Origin: the human T2T-CHM13v2.0 reference genome, Homo sapiens
Assembly (NCBI RefSeq): GCF_009914755.1
Contig: NC_060945.1
Direction: 5' to 3' (one strand)
Length of the DNA stretch: 64,000 bases
The notes beneath the pieces are model-generated. The model was not told the origin of the DNA. It did not search any database and was given only the letters and a program-made list of their open reading frames with translations. The stretch's first letter is position 1. Every line of letters starts with the position of its first letter. Below, piece by piece: positions 43,243 to 60,815 of the stretch. The position numbers were made by a program, and so were the translations under genes.

Positions 43243-43627
43243 TAATTCAGTTGTGTTATGTTTTGACCTTGAACATAACCTGTTGTGTTTCAACTGTCTT
43301 TCCAGGCTTCGATTGTAAGCTTTTTAAAGAAAGAGGATTGTATTTTATGATTTTGGCAGTGCCCTCCTTGTCTTCTTCTACAACTTCTAGTTCAGAGCTT
43401 TATTTTGTTTCATAATCACTCTAGAAATTATTAACAAACCAGTGGGTACTTAGTTGATTTAGTCAAATAGAACTAAGTCCAGACTGAACAATATTGGTTG
43501 ATAATCATTTGGCTAATACTGAAATTTTGATGTTATTCAAAATAATATTCTAAAGCGGTGCTAATAGAAATATAATGAGAACCACATATGCACCTTAAAA
43601 CTTCCTAGTAGCCACATTAATAAGTTA

Positions 43628-43900
<273 letters not shown>

Positions 43901-44379
43901 TTAATTTTAATGCCTTCCATTTCGATATATTTAAAATATTACCATTTCAACATGTAATATGTAATTATGTGCTGTATTTTATGTTTGCAGGACATCTCAG
44001 TTCAGACTAACTACATTGCAGATCCCAAGTGTGTGTCATTAAAATAGTGATAGATTTGTGTGTGTACATACATATAATATTATCATTTATAGTTTCTTGA
44101 TTAGAATTCTGCATAATCAAGTCTTACTAAGACAGGTTTATTATATTTTCTCATTACTTATTGGTCTATAGGAATTCTACCTCTAAAGAGAGAATTAGGT
44201 GAATAATAAAATGTCATGACTCCATTTTATAGTACTATCTTAGCATTAATATTTGGAATTGTTATTCTAGACCTTAGCAAAAATATATGTTTTGATTATG
44301 AATTTTCTGAAGCTTTCCAGTTAAGTGTAAAACAAGTGAAAAATATAACTTCGTATTTTGTGTATTTTGCTTTTTATAG

Positions 44380-44481
44380 GTGTCTACTGCAGATATTTCA
44401 TCAAATAAGGATGATGAAGAAAACTCTATGCACACTACGGTTGTGTTGTTTTCTAGTAGTGACAAATTCACTTTGAATCAG
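44380..44481 (+). pseudogene. KMT2C: KMT2C-like exon 17 (102 bp)
   Basis: tatag|GTGTCT...AATCAG|gtttga; VSTADISSNKDDEENSMHTTVVLFSSSDKFTLNQ. Confidence 0.93.
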
Positions 44482-44673
44482 GTTTGAACTTGAAAATTTA
44501 CTGTCTTCCTCATTGAATTCCTCCTTGCACATTTCTGCTTTATCTCATATACACAGAAGTGATCCAATATTTAGCTATAGAGCTATATTAGTTAAGAAGG
44601 TATTTTTAAAGTAAAATTTGTAGGTTTTTAGCTTAGTCTCCATTTAAAATATGTTCTGTTTTCTTAACTTCAG

Positions 44674-44778
44674 GATATGTGTGTAGTTTGTGGCAGTTTT
44701 GGCCAAGGAGCAGAAGGAAGATTACTTGCCTGTTCTCAGTGTGGTCAGTGTTACCATCCATACTGTGTCGGTATTAAG
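44674..44778 (+). pseudogene. KMT2C: KMT2C-like exon 18 (105 bp, start of next PHD finger); last KMT2C exon seen
   Basis: ttcag|GATATG...ATTAAG|gtaaac; DMCVVCGSFGQGAEGRLLACSQCGQCYHPYCVGIK. Confidence 0.95.
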
Positions 44779-46659
44779 GTAAACATCCTTAAATTGAGTT
44801 AACAAATACGTATTGAATTTTTATTTGGTTTTAGTAGTAACATGAGCTCCTAGTTCTCACAATTAAGTATTATGATTATTAAACATATGTGACAGTATTT
44901 AAGCACTTTAAATACTGCTTTTAAGGGTTTCCTATCTCAAGAAATTTGCTCCTCTATAAATCTTATATTGTACTAATATCCTGCTTTTGTCTTGAAAAAG
45001 TAAAACATAAAAATATATGCATTTAATTTAAAAGACAATTTATACTATTCACAAAGATTTTAGGTTTAGGTGATTCATTTTGTCTGTTTATTTAAAAAGC
45101 TGAGAACTGGAGTATTTAGTAAAAAATTATTGGCCCATTCTGTTCTTTCCCGCATTCTCTCTCCTCTGTGCTCACTCATATACAAAATGACATTTTCTCC
45201 TTATAGCCAAAAGAAACAAAACAAGTGTCATATTTAATGCAATTGGTAATAATCGAGAGTCAGCACTGCTCACTTTCAAGCATTTCAGTATAGAGGCTTT
45301 CTGGGGAACGTTTTAAGTGGTATCGTGTGCTTGGTTTTAAATATGGACAGGTCTCAATACTTCACTAGTTGTATCTAAGGTTCTTGGTTTTTTCTTTTTA
45401 AGAACTCAGTCTTAATAAAACTTACATATTTGAATAAAGTGTCATGGCCACTGAAAGCAAGCATGGAGGTATAGCTGTACAGCAGAGGTCTTAAACTGTA
45501 TACTCCATGGACCTGACTGTGGCCTGGGGGTTGGGGACCCCTGCTATAGAGGTTTCAGATTTAAATTCAGAAGTTAGAATGAAAAAGAATTATATTCTTT
45601 ATCTAAATGATTTCACAGTTAACTGAGAGAAAGTCAGTATAAGTTGAAAAGTTTATCAGTGTTAATAAGAATGAAAAATATGTACAATATGCAATTACTA
45701 TTAAATATAATTTGCCCATAGTTGCACACTGATTTCATTATCATGACAGTTAAGTATCAGAGCTTCTGGTTTCTCACTCTTCATTCATGTATTCAGCAAC
45801 CATGTGCTAAGGTACTAGGACAAGCACTGGATTAACAAGATAAAGATGATAAGGTCCACCCCTCAACAACTGTATGCTATAATCCAAAAAACAGGCAATT
45901 CCCATACAGAGTCATACATACAATGACAGGCATAAGACACCACTTACTGGAAGACATAGAAGGGATACTAGCCCAGGTTTGTGTCAATATTGTAGGCTTT
46001 TTGGTAGAGGCAATTCATAGGTTGATAGCTGAAGGGGAAGGAAAACACATGTAGGATAGAGGGAAGAAGTAAATGCAAAGAGCTGGAGGTGAGGATGATC
46101 ACTGTGGAGCTCCGTGTAGTCTAGTTTGGCTGGATGCTAGAACAAAGGTGCAGAGTATGGTAAGTGGCGAAAGATAAGGCTGAATAACCTGACAAGAACC
46201 ACACTGATGTGAGAGTTTTGATTCCATGCTAAGGAATTTTCAACTTTTCCCAGGTGCAAAAGGAAACCAATGACAAAGTCAATGACTAGAGATTTAAAAT
46301 GTCACTGGTCAAGTGACTGCTTGTGACCTGTAATTGCTTAACTAATTATTATCACATGAGTGTGGGGTCTGTTAGCCTTAAATCACTACCTTAACCTTGA
46401 GAAGTTGATGATGCCTTTGTTTTCTGAGAACAGTTTCCGTGTGCAGGCTGACAGTTCTATAGGGGTGGCAGAAGAAAAGTGTAGGGCCAGAAAAAAAGAT
46501 ACACAGACTTCTTGTGATTTTTTTAAAGCTATGGAACATGATGAAGTAACAAAGCATAAGTATACCCTTCACTATGAATGATTATGTTTTCACATCTTTC
46601 ACTAGATGTGTGTAAGAAAAAATATTTAACGTAGCATGTATTAACCAAGCTATTGAGAG

Positions 46660-46765
46660 GAATACCGTTCACTACTTACAGTTTATTTCAGAAATCAATG
46701 ATTTGAATTTAATTCATAAATTTTGGCAACATACCTTCATCTAGCTCTTGAACACCTGGCAGCAT
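46660..46765 (-). pseudogene. ANKRD36: ANKRD36-like terminal exon
   Basis: Minus strand atttcag|ATGCTGCCAGGTGTTCAAGAGCTAG resembles the recalled MLQVFES* terminus with an extra base; AATAAA at 46687-46682; 3' end approximate. Confidence 0.6.
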
Positions 46766-46856
46766 CTGAAATAAATCAAATATTACTTATAAAGTTTCAG
46801 TCAAACAAGAGACATTATCATGTAAACCCACTGCAAGTCAAGGAGCATCTGTACTG

Positions 46857-47205
46857 TAGATTGATCATCCCTAATCTATAAATCTGAAATCCAAAATGCT
46901 CTACAACCTGAAACTTTTTGAGCTCGGACATGACACCACAACTGCAACATTCCACACCTGACCTCATGTGACAGGCTCTGGGGAAAACAGTAAAAACTTT
47001 GTTACCTGCAAAAAATTACTGTAAAATATTGTAGAGAATTACCTTCAGGCTATGTGCATAAGGTATATATGAAACATAAATGAATTTCATGTTTAGACTC
47101 AGGTACCATCCCCAAGATATTTCATTAGGTATATACAAATATCCAAAATCTGAAAAAAATCTACTTTTGGTCCCAAGCATTTTGGACAAGGGACATTTAA
47201 CCCGT
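46857..47205. mobile_element. Tigger4b/MER46-type TcMar MITE
   Basis: attgatcatccctaatc...aaatgctc...ggtcccaagcattttggacaaggga. Confidence 0.8.
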
Positions 47206-47256
47206 CCTACTGGAAAAATAAAATTCCTTTTCAGTATGACAGAAATTAAGAGATCA

Positions 47257-47379
<123 letters not shown>

Positions 47380-47691
47380 TTACTCTCACATATAATTGTT
47401 TTTAAATCATGTAAATTCTAAACAAACTTCTGAAGGTATAATTACACAAATTCTTAGCAATCGCAAAAGTAGATGACTGGGCTACTGTGTCATTTTTCTA
47501 CCTGTGTTTTGTTGATAATATGCAAAATTTAGGAATAATGTAGAAAAATGATGTATGTCAATATAGCTTACAGATGAAACTTTTTTGGCTTCACAAAGAC
47601 ATACTTATCATAACTGATACAATTTTCATACTACAGTGCTCTTTTGCTTTATAAATACTCAAGTTATTTTGTGTGCTGCTTCAAATTTTAC

Positions 47692-47762
47692 TTTTGTGCA
47701 TCGCCTTCCATCTCCTTAGTACATCTTATAGTAGCTGTAAGTTGATCCTGTATTTCTTGAAA
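47692..47762 (-). pseudogene. ANKRD36: ANKRD36-like exon (71 bp)
   Basis: tttag|TTTCAAG...CACAAAA|gtaaaa; FQEIQDQLTATIRCTKEMEGDAQ. Confidence 0.85.
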
Positions 47763-49238
47763 CTAAAACAAAGAATTAAAAAAAATTACATTTGGAAATG
47801 ACCTAAATGTCCATCAGTAGATGAATGAATCAACAAAATATATATAAAATATTTTAGACTATCACAATCTTTTTTATTTAAAAAAGGTCAGAATCTAGGA
47901 TAAATCATCCCATTACCTGTTTTTTGTAATTAATTTTAGTGGGACACTGCCACACCCCTTCAATCTGCATATTGTTCGTGGCTACTTTTGTGCTATAACT
48001 GCAGGGCTGAGTTATTGCAACAGTGATATTATGGCTCACAAAGCCTTAAATAATACTATCTGGCCCTTTACAGAAAAGTTCACAGACCCCTGCTCTAAGA
48101 CTAAAACACAACATTCTTCTTGCTCTTGAATTACATTTTATCAGTTAAATACTCAAACTTGCAAACTGGTAAAATGTGGAAAGATAAAGGATTACCTCAT
48201 GCTAAGCATTTATATTTTGAATTCCAAACACTACCACATCAACTATAATTTTATTTTTTGTATGTATGCATTTAGTTTTATTATAGCAAAGCAACTTGCA
48301 CATTTTTAAATATTTAAAACTAAGCGTCATCTTTCCTTTCTAGGGAAACAACAAGAAAATTTAAAAACAAGCAGGAACAAAATTAAAATCGACAAAGTCA
48401 GTTCCAAATAAGATCCTACAGGATCTTATTGACTCTCCCATTGAATAGCAGGACTCAAGTCATCATTAGGAGAGAAGTAATTTAAAAGCGTCATCTTATA
48501 CTGCAAAGATGTCCATTAAACATGCCAAAGGAGAAACCTTGTTGTCTAAATGCCCACTTAACCAACCCGAACATCTCAAACTCATCCTTTGCTGACCTTA
48601 TATAACCCCCTTTTTAGTTTAGCTTTTTCTATAAATAAGAGAAAATAGATACATGTTGGCAAATGCTAACTGTCCATATTCATATAGAGACAAAATGTGC
48701 TCTCTGAGCCCAATAGAAAGAGAGTAAGGATTTTCATCAAAATAAAAATTTATTCAGTAAAATGGCCTTTCTGAACAAGTTAACCTGAAATCTATGAAAT
48801 AAGTACACACAAGTTCTTTATACATTCAGAAAAGTAGAGACTAAAAATAAGATAATTTTCTGAAACATTCCATTAGACATTGTCCTCTGAATTAATCTGG
48901 CTTGCCTCACCATGCCAACAGAGAAATCATTAAAAATAGACTGTTTAACAGGTAAAAAAAAAAAAAACTCTGTCAACTTCTGTGAGAAATGATGCATAAT
49001 TCTCAACTTTCCTAAGGTTAAATATTTAAGAAAAAAATATGTATAAAAAATGGCAGAATAAAAGAGATTAAGATATAGGTGCATTATAATAAAATTTTAA
49101 TAAAATTAATAATAAGGAAAATACAAAAGAAAGCCATCCACTATAAAATTTTAATAAAATTAATTATAATAAAAATACAAAAGAAAGCCATCCACTAAAA
49201 TTAGTACCCCAAAACACTTTATATTAGTTAACTAGCTA

Positions 49239-49430
<192 letters not shown>

Positions 49431-50813
49431 CTGATGTTATTTTTGTTACTGATTTTACAAATCACATTATTAAACCATTAATAATATTTAACTCTAAAGC
49501 ATACACTTTGAAAAATATCACCACACAGATCGATTCACCTTCTTTTCCTCATGTGTACACATTCCTGTGTATTACTGAATCCAGTTAAGGATACAGAAGG
49601 TGTTATCTTCCTTCCAAACTGGTATTGTTATTCACACAACATATTCAGCCCACTAGTCATTCCTCCCCTGATGAATCTGCAATGCTTAAAAACCTGAAGT
49701 CTCAAAAAGAAATGAGTATGTGGTTGAGACCGATGGTAGTAAATTATACATTGTGGAATGATTTTTCTCTTTCTTTTTGTTAGAAACTCAAATCAACCTC
49801 AGAGTTCCTCACATTAAATCATCTGCTTAAATGCTTCCAATAGATGTCTATCTCAGAAGAAAAGTAAAATTACAGTGGCCTTAGATGCTCTAAGTAACCT
49901 GTCCTCCACCGCTCACCCTGACTCAGCTGCTATATCTCTCCTCCCTACTCACTCCATTCCTACTCTGAGTCCTGCCACTCCTCGTTAGTCTGAAATCCTC
50001 CTTAGTCTGAAAATGGGGATGCAGTGTCAAACTAATAAATCACAGATAGCTATGCCTCTTTTTGTCCTGGACAAAGTTATATCCAAATGATAGTAATTGA
50101 GCCTTGAAATAAAAATTAGGAGCAAATTTTTTATTTAAAAATGAAAGTAAATTATAAATGCCAGTGGGAAGATTAAATCAAATATGATTTGGCTAAAATT
50201 TACTACTTCATTTTCCCCATATTATAAGTAAAATTAGATGCCTTTGAAAATAGAATGATCATATCTATACATAACTTGAGATTGAAATAGTTTCAGATTT
50301 AAGTCAAACTGACATGAAGAAGAACAAAATTTTACCAACTAAGACATATTTAAAGCTACTGAAGGAAAGTAATTATGAAATAGGTAATACACTTCAGCTC
50401 ATCTAGGAAATCTGAAATTAACTGTCAAAGTACCCCAATTTATTGAATCAACTTCAAAATACCATTTTAGGTATGAGCATTTCCATATATCTGATTTATC
50501 ATGGTCTTAAAATGTTGCAACATAAATACATTAAAATTATTATTTCAGTAGTATGACTATATTATTACTATTAGTCTATATTAACATTTTATAACTTAAA
50601 ATTTTATAAGTGACACATTGACTTTAATCAGAGGAAAACATCTCTCAGATCTAACTTTGACTTGTTGGAAACAAGGAATGTTTCTAAGCAGATATATTTA
50701 TCATATGTATCCTTTTTTATATTCAACTAGATCCAACATTCAGCTGTAACCAAATATTACTTTAAATTGTGCTTCAGGAAGTTTGAAAAATACTTATTTT
50801 TCGTGATACTTAC

Positions 50814-51729
<916 letters not shown>

Positions 51730-52683
51730 CTAAATAAAACAAAGAAAACTTGTAACTAGTATCCAATAGGATAACATATTGTGATTGTTTCTGAAATTAA
51801 ATAATAACCCGTACATTTATACAATGAGAGGTTGCCATAACTGTATATCTAAATGGGAAAAAAGAAGTTGAGTCAAAACCTCAAACCTCATATGGCATAA
51901 ATTCCCCAAAGTTCAAAAGTTTATTTGAAGACAGTGAATCCATGAAAGCAAAAAAGAAACCACTAGATAATTTTTTTAAATTTCAGGATGAAAAAAGGCT
52001 TTTACTGAATTACAACAATTTGCAAGGCATGAAGAATTAATAACTATGACCACATTAAAAAATTGTGTTTACACTCTGACATCTAAACTATACCTCTCCC
52101 TGTAGTGAGAGCCTTAGCTTAGCAGACATTTGGACAGATGAATGACATTTTCCAAATTCTTTAAGCTCACTTTTTCTAAAATATTGTCTAGATATTCTAC
52201 TTTTCTAATATTTTTATGGTCAGTTTTAAGAATGATATTTATTGATAAATGATAAGTCTAGGCATTGTACTAAGCACTTTTACACACACAAATCAATGAA
52301 CTCATTTAGTTATAATTCTATAGCAAAAGGTTAAAAATATAAGGAAGCTGCAGGATTTTTCCCAGCTTTTCTGACTCTACTCCTAGTGCTCTTCCACCAA
52401 ATCAATAACTTCTGTGAGGTAGATACATACATACAAAAATAATCTTCTATTTCAAGACACCAAAAGTCAAGAAAATTAAATTTATATAGCTCTTTTTAGA
52501 AAATCATGAGATTATTTACTATTGTGATAACTTTTATTTCTTTTCCATAACATTTGAAACGTAATTAACATGAAATAGAGGAAAATATGCTGAACTATGT
52601 CACTAGGAACAAAATACTTACAATATCATTAAGTATATATTATAGAATAGCATTGTTTTCATAAGGCTTTTGAACTAAAATAA

Positions 52684-53049
<366 letters not shown>

Positions 53050-53176
53050 CACCATGATTCATTTTTAAGATGAAATAAAATTTGGGGACTGTTTAGGTCT
53101 AAATAATATACATTAAATGAAAGAGATATTGTAAGTAATATTAATGAGTAGAAATATGAAGTTTTACCAAGCATTA

Positions 53177-53383
<207 letters not shown>

Positions 53384-53402
53384 TTAGAATTTATCTTATC
53401 AG

Positions 53403-54154
53403 TGAGGACTAAGCTCTAATTTTTTATCTTGCCCAAATTCCTACCTAAGGGGTCCAGGGAGTCATGCTCTACAAACCATGGATTCTCATCAGATGGGTTT
53501 TATTTGACCCTGTATATTGTGACTTGCTTTTCAATCTGACTCTGGCATAACATTATGAGACAAGGAAGAAAATATTTAATCCAAAATATATTTCCTTGCC
53601 ATGCCTTGAAATTGCCCTGCAAAGTCTCTTGTGGGAAAAATCCACATTCTATAGAGTACCCCCTTTCCCCTTTGTTTTCCTTCCTTTCTATGCAGATCCA
53701 GGGGATAATCAGCTAACAGCCAGGCACCCTTTTGGGTCCGATAAGAAACATTTTACAACTGCTCTCTCTGAAGTCTGCTGAGAGATTTCTCTGCACAATA
53801 AAACTTGGTCTCCACAATCATTTATCTTAACCTGAACATTTCTTTCCATTAATCCCAGCTCTTCAAATAAACTCAACCAATTGTCAACGAGAAAATGTTT
53901 AAATTTACCTATAGCCTGGAAGCCCCAGCTTTGAGTTGGCCTGCCTTTCTGAACCAAACCAATGTATTTCTTAAATGTATTTGATTGATGTCTCATGCCT
54001 CCCTAAAATGAATAAAACCAAGCTGCGCACCGACCACCTTGGGAACATGTTCTCAGGACCTCCTGAGGGCTGTGTCAGGGGCCACGGTCACTCATATTTG
54101 GCTCAGAATAAATCTCTTCAAATATCTTACAGAGTTTGACTCTCTTTGTTGATA
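53403..54154 (+). mobile_element. ERV1 solo LTR (MER50-like)
   Basis: Starts tgaggactaagctct..cttgcccaaattcct; ends aataaatctcttcaaatat..agagtttgactc; flanks tcag / ttag. Confidence 0.85.
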
Positions 54155-54846
54155 TTAGAAAACATTCGTACGTTGGTTTATTATCCTAATGAAATTTCTA
54201 TGTTCTTAAATATTATTTTTCTTTCTAGTTCTCATGTTTTTAGTTTCTCACCTCAATCTCATCCAAAGGACATGTGTAAGTTGAAATGTATTGATAAAAG
54301 AACAACCTGCATATGTTTCTGTTACTAGTAACTCCAGCAAATAGTATGAAAAAGGATGTTGAAAATTATTCAGTAAAGTTACAAGATAAAAATTATCTTT
54401 TCTTCACACAGTAATTACTTCTCAGTTAGGATGAATCATTTAGTTAATTAACATAAAGTTACTTTTATAAACAAGTTGATACATTCACTAGAAATACATT
54501 TTCATCTTCATGAAACATTCATTGCAAGTATCCCTAAACATAATTTATATTGTAAGATAGCATTTTTGATGTCTTTATGAAACATATCTACAGATTATTG
54601 TAATCCAAGACTAGTTTAAGAATGTAATATGTTACCCTACACTTTTTAAGATTTTTTTTGGGTAACACTTCCAGTCTATCCTATTGATTAGTATGTATTT
54701 TATAACCAATTTTAAAATATGTCTTGGAACAACACAAGATCTAATATTTAATTAAACAATAAAGAATAATACATGTCTTCAGCATAAAACTGAATTAATT
54801 TTATCTACATAGCAGAGACAGAGATGTTGAATAAGCTAATCAGTAA

Positions 54847-55194
<348 letters not shown>

Positions 55195-55669
55195 GATAGT
55201 TTTTAAAATAATTATTCTGTGTAAAGAAAAATATCTGTTTTATACTCTGTTGGTTGAATTATAAATTAATATAAACATTCTTAAGAACAATTTAGAAATA
55301 TTGATCAAAGATCTAAAACAGATCTAAAAAAGTGTCTATACTTTAACCAGAAGAATTTATCCAAGGTAAATAATTAGAAATGTAGAAAACTATGTGTATA
55401 TAAAAGATGTTCCTTGTAGCATTATTACAAAAACTTTTTAAAACCTAAAATTCAATTCATCAATTAAATAATGAGATTTCCAAAGCATAAAATTCTATAC
55501 AGCCATTAAAACTATGATTTAAAAGAATATGCATTTAATTATTAGAGAAGTATTCACAATTAAGAACTAGTGATATTATATCCAATAATTTCACACTCTA
55601 TAAGATTAAGAAGCTTTCTTCCTTGTTAAATCCTAGAAGGAAAGTTCATAATTACAAAACCTCTCCTTA

Positions 55670-55939
<270 letters not shown>

Positions 55940-56379
55940 CTGTAACTGGGAAAAAGCAAAGTAGAAATAAAATACATGAGTAGATTTCTGGATATAAAGG
56001 ACCGTGCATTTTTAACATTCAGACACTGAACAAGTATGAACATATTGAGTGCCTACAAGGTGGAAGATATTATAATAAGCTCTGAAGATAAGACAACACT
56101 TCTGCTATTATTTTAGCTTAAAGTATAACGAAGAACCAAGATAAAAAGATGACAGTTATAAACTCAGATGGGTCCTGTAAAAAAAACACAAACCATAGTT
56201 ATATGATTGCATAAGATAATTTGATCTATACTTCACCCAGGGAAGATTTCCGTGAGGAAGAGATGCTACACTGAGAAATGAAGGATGAGAAAGAAGCAGT
56301 TAAGCAAAGAGGAAAGAAAAGCACTCTGGCCAGTTTGCAGCATGTGCTGTGCTGAAGCTCTGCTACAATCTGTTACTAG

Positions 56380-57960
56380 CTCTGATGTAGTAACAGATAC
56401 TGATTTTTCATCTTATCTGAATGAATAAAAACAAAACAGACAAAATACATTAAACAATGATTTTCAATACAGTGGACTTCAGGCAATGAGGATGGTAGGT
56501 GATCACTGAAAGACAGAAAATATAGCAGGCATTACAAATGTCCCAGCTCTTTTGACAGAGTTTTAACAGAGGTTCGAGGCCATGAAAAAGGGAGAAAATC
56601 TGACATAGAGCTGGGGTGATGAAGCTGAGAGGCTAGGAAAACCAAAGCAGATAGAGATCACAGGACAGAAAACTGGAGAGAAAAGAGCAGTACAGGAAAC
56701 AAATCCTGGAGGTGTGCAGAGATTCCCTCCTGTGTATTTAGTGGAGTAATGAAAAGTGCTTGTGTGCTAGGAAACTTCCTAAGAACAATGGAAAATAAAA
56801 TTTAAAAAAAGTTAAAGAAAATTAGCAGAAACTATGTCTGGGGTTCACACAATGACTGGAAGAGCGTCCATTCCCATGAGCCAGGCCAAAATACCACATA
56901 CTTCACAGGACAATGAATATTCAGAAAGGTCTTGCCTCAGGAGTGAGGAATTACCCCAAATCTAAAAGCAAGCATGGAAAGATTTTAAGTAAATCTCTGT
57001 ACTCCAAATAAAACTCAAGACAATAAGTGGAAGCAGGGAAGTTTTTTTTTTTAAAAAAACAAACAAACCATACTTGCAGAGATGCAAATTACATTGTCAG
57101 AAGTAAAAACTATAGTGGATGGAAATAAACACAAATTAGAGATAACAAAGGAAAAATTCCTAAATTTGACACAATAAACTGCAAGAAACTTTCAAGCAGC
57201 TCACAGATAACTCCCCAAATAAAAAAGAAGAGACAGAAAAAAAATTAAAGAAAAAATGGCCCAAAATATTCTAACGCTTAATACAAACCATAATCTCACA
57301 GATTCAGGAAGGAAGTGTCTGGGACAGAAAAAAATGAAAATGTATCATTGTAATTTTTATACCATCTATGATGTATAATATTACTGAAGGTGAACTGTGA
57401 TAAGTTAAAATTATATACTAAAAATCCTAAACACTAAGATAGCAAAACAGTTATCGCTAATAAACCCAAAAATATATATAAAATTGAATCGTAAAAAACA
57501 GTTGACTAATCTAAAAGAAAGCAGGAAAAGAAGGGGAACAAAGAACAGTTGGGACTAATAGCAATCAAACAGCTACTAGACAAACATAACTGTATCAATA
57601 GTCACATTATAAATGACACTTGTCTAAGAACCTCAACTATAATACAGACTGTCAGGCTCAGCAAGAAAGCAAGACCCAACTGCAGGCTGCCTATAAGAAA
57701 TGCACTTTAAATGTAAAGACACAAATTGGTTGTAAGGATGGAAAAAGATACATGCTAACAGTTGCCAAAGGCAGCTGAGCAGGAGTGGCTGTATTAATAA
57801 CAAAGTAGATTTCATAGCAAAAAAAAAAAATTCTAGCAATAAATAACAAATGTCATGTCACAATAGTAAAAGGTTCAGTTAATCAACAAAACATAACAAT
57901 CCTAAGTCTTTATGCCCCTAATAACAAACCAGCCTCACAATATATGAGACCAAAGTGGCC
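56380..57960 (+). mobile_element. Old L1M fragments (5' region to ORF2 endonuclease)
   Basis: gacccaact..gctgcctataagaaatgcactttaaat..aaggatggaaaaagata; edges approximate. Confidence 0.65.
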
Positions 57961-59015
57961 ATAATTTGAATTGACTTTTAAAGCAAAACAAATATTTTAC
58001 AGTGTCAAAATTGATCTCTTTAAATCGCTAAAAACTATTGAAATTCCAAATTGGAAACTTCAGAGTATCAAAATGTAAAAGTAGAAACATCTGAATAAAA
58101 CCTTATATTTTTAGGCCAGGCACGGTGGTTCACGCCTGTGAACCATTTTAAGAGTCAGTTGATGAACTCAACATTATAGTTGTTTTTGTCTCGTTAGGAG
58201 GATCATGCTATCCTCTAAATCATATTCATTAAATAGCTATTTTAGCCATGAGATAGCACTTGGATGAATGAAGCCAATGTATTGATATTCAAGTTTATCT
58301 AATTTTTATAACAGAAATCAACAAAAGATATGTCTTATGCCTAATAGTAACGAAGAGAAGTAATTAGTCAATGTGGTTTATCCCAATTCTAGCTTTCTTT
58401 GCTTCATCCAGTAGTTCCTGGAGCTGCCAAAATCAAATCCTTTTTGTGTAAACATGCTAAATGCATCTGAAGTGAGTTGACTCAGGTTTCCTCAGCAGAA
58501 AACCCAAAATTACATAAATAACTTCTTCTTTTCCCTCCTTCCTGCCTCACAATCCCTCTTGCTAGAGTAAAATAATTGCTACATCAGTGGTCTCATTGGT
58601 TCTCGTTCCACAATTTTACTTGTTATTACAATAACTTTTCCGTCTGTTTTTAGCAATACTATGTGACGTCTGTAAAATCTATACTTCAACTCATTCTCCT
58701 TCAACCCTTGGTGAAAACATGCTGTAGAATTAAAGCAAAATTATGCTGTCCCCTGATCCCCTTATGTCTTGATCTGCTCTCCAATGTTTCTTCTTCCCAA
58801 TTTCAATGTGGGGAAGTGTATAATATTACTGCGAAGATCATGTTCCAGATCAGCAGCATCAGCATCACCCGAGAATTTATTACAAATGAAGAATCTCAGG
58901 TCTGCTGAATCAGAAAGTGCAGCTTCGACGAGCCCCGCCCCGCTGATTTATTCGGGGAAGAGAAGTTCTTTTCTAAATGATTGAAAATGACATTAAATGT
59001 GTTTTGCAAAATTAC

Positions 59016-59032
59016 CTGTCCCACATGGTAGT
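59016..59032 (-). pseudogene. ANKRD36: 3' piece of the L1-split 73-bp array exon
   Basis: ACTACCATGTGGGACAG|gtaatt; 56 bp + 17 bp = 73 bp once the insertion and one TSD copy are removed. Confidence 0.88.
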
Positions 59033-59122
59033 GCATCCTTTTTTTTTTACATCAACAATTTATTTTTATTTATTTGTTTTTCTCAGCTATTAGTGGTTTA
59101 TTTGCTTCAGTACCATATTTAA

Positions 59123-60718
<1,596 letters not shown>

Positions 60719-60786
60719 TTATCAATAAATAAAGAATGTTTCAAAGACCATACAGTTACTAATAAAAAATATAAAGGAGAGTTTAC

Positions 60787-60815
60787 CTTCTCAGCTGGTT
60801 GTTTCTGAGAAGACA
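60787..60815 (-). pseudogene. ANKRD36: 29-bp array exon (SSQKQPAEK)
   Basis: ttttcag|TGTCTTCTCAGAAACAACCAGCTGAGAAG|gtaaac. Confidence 0.9.
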
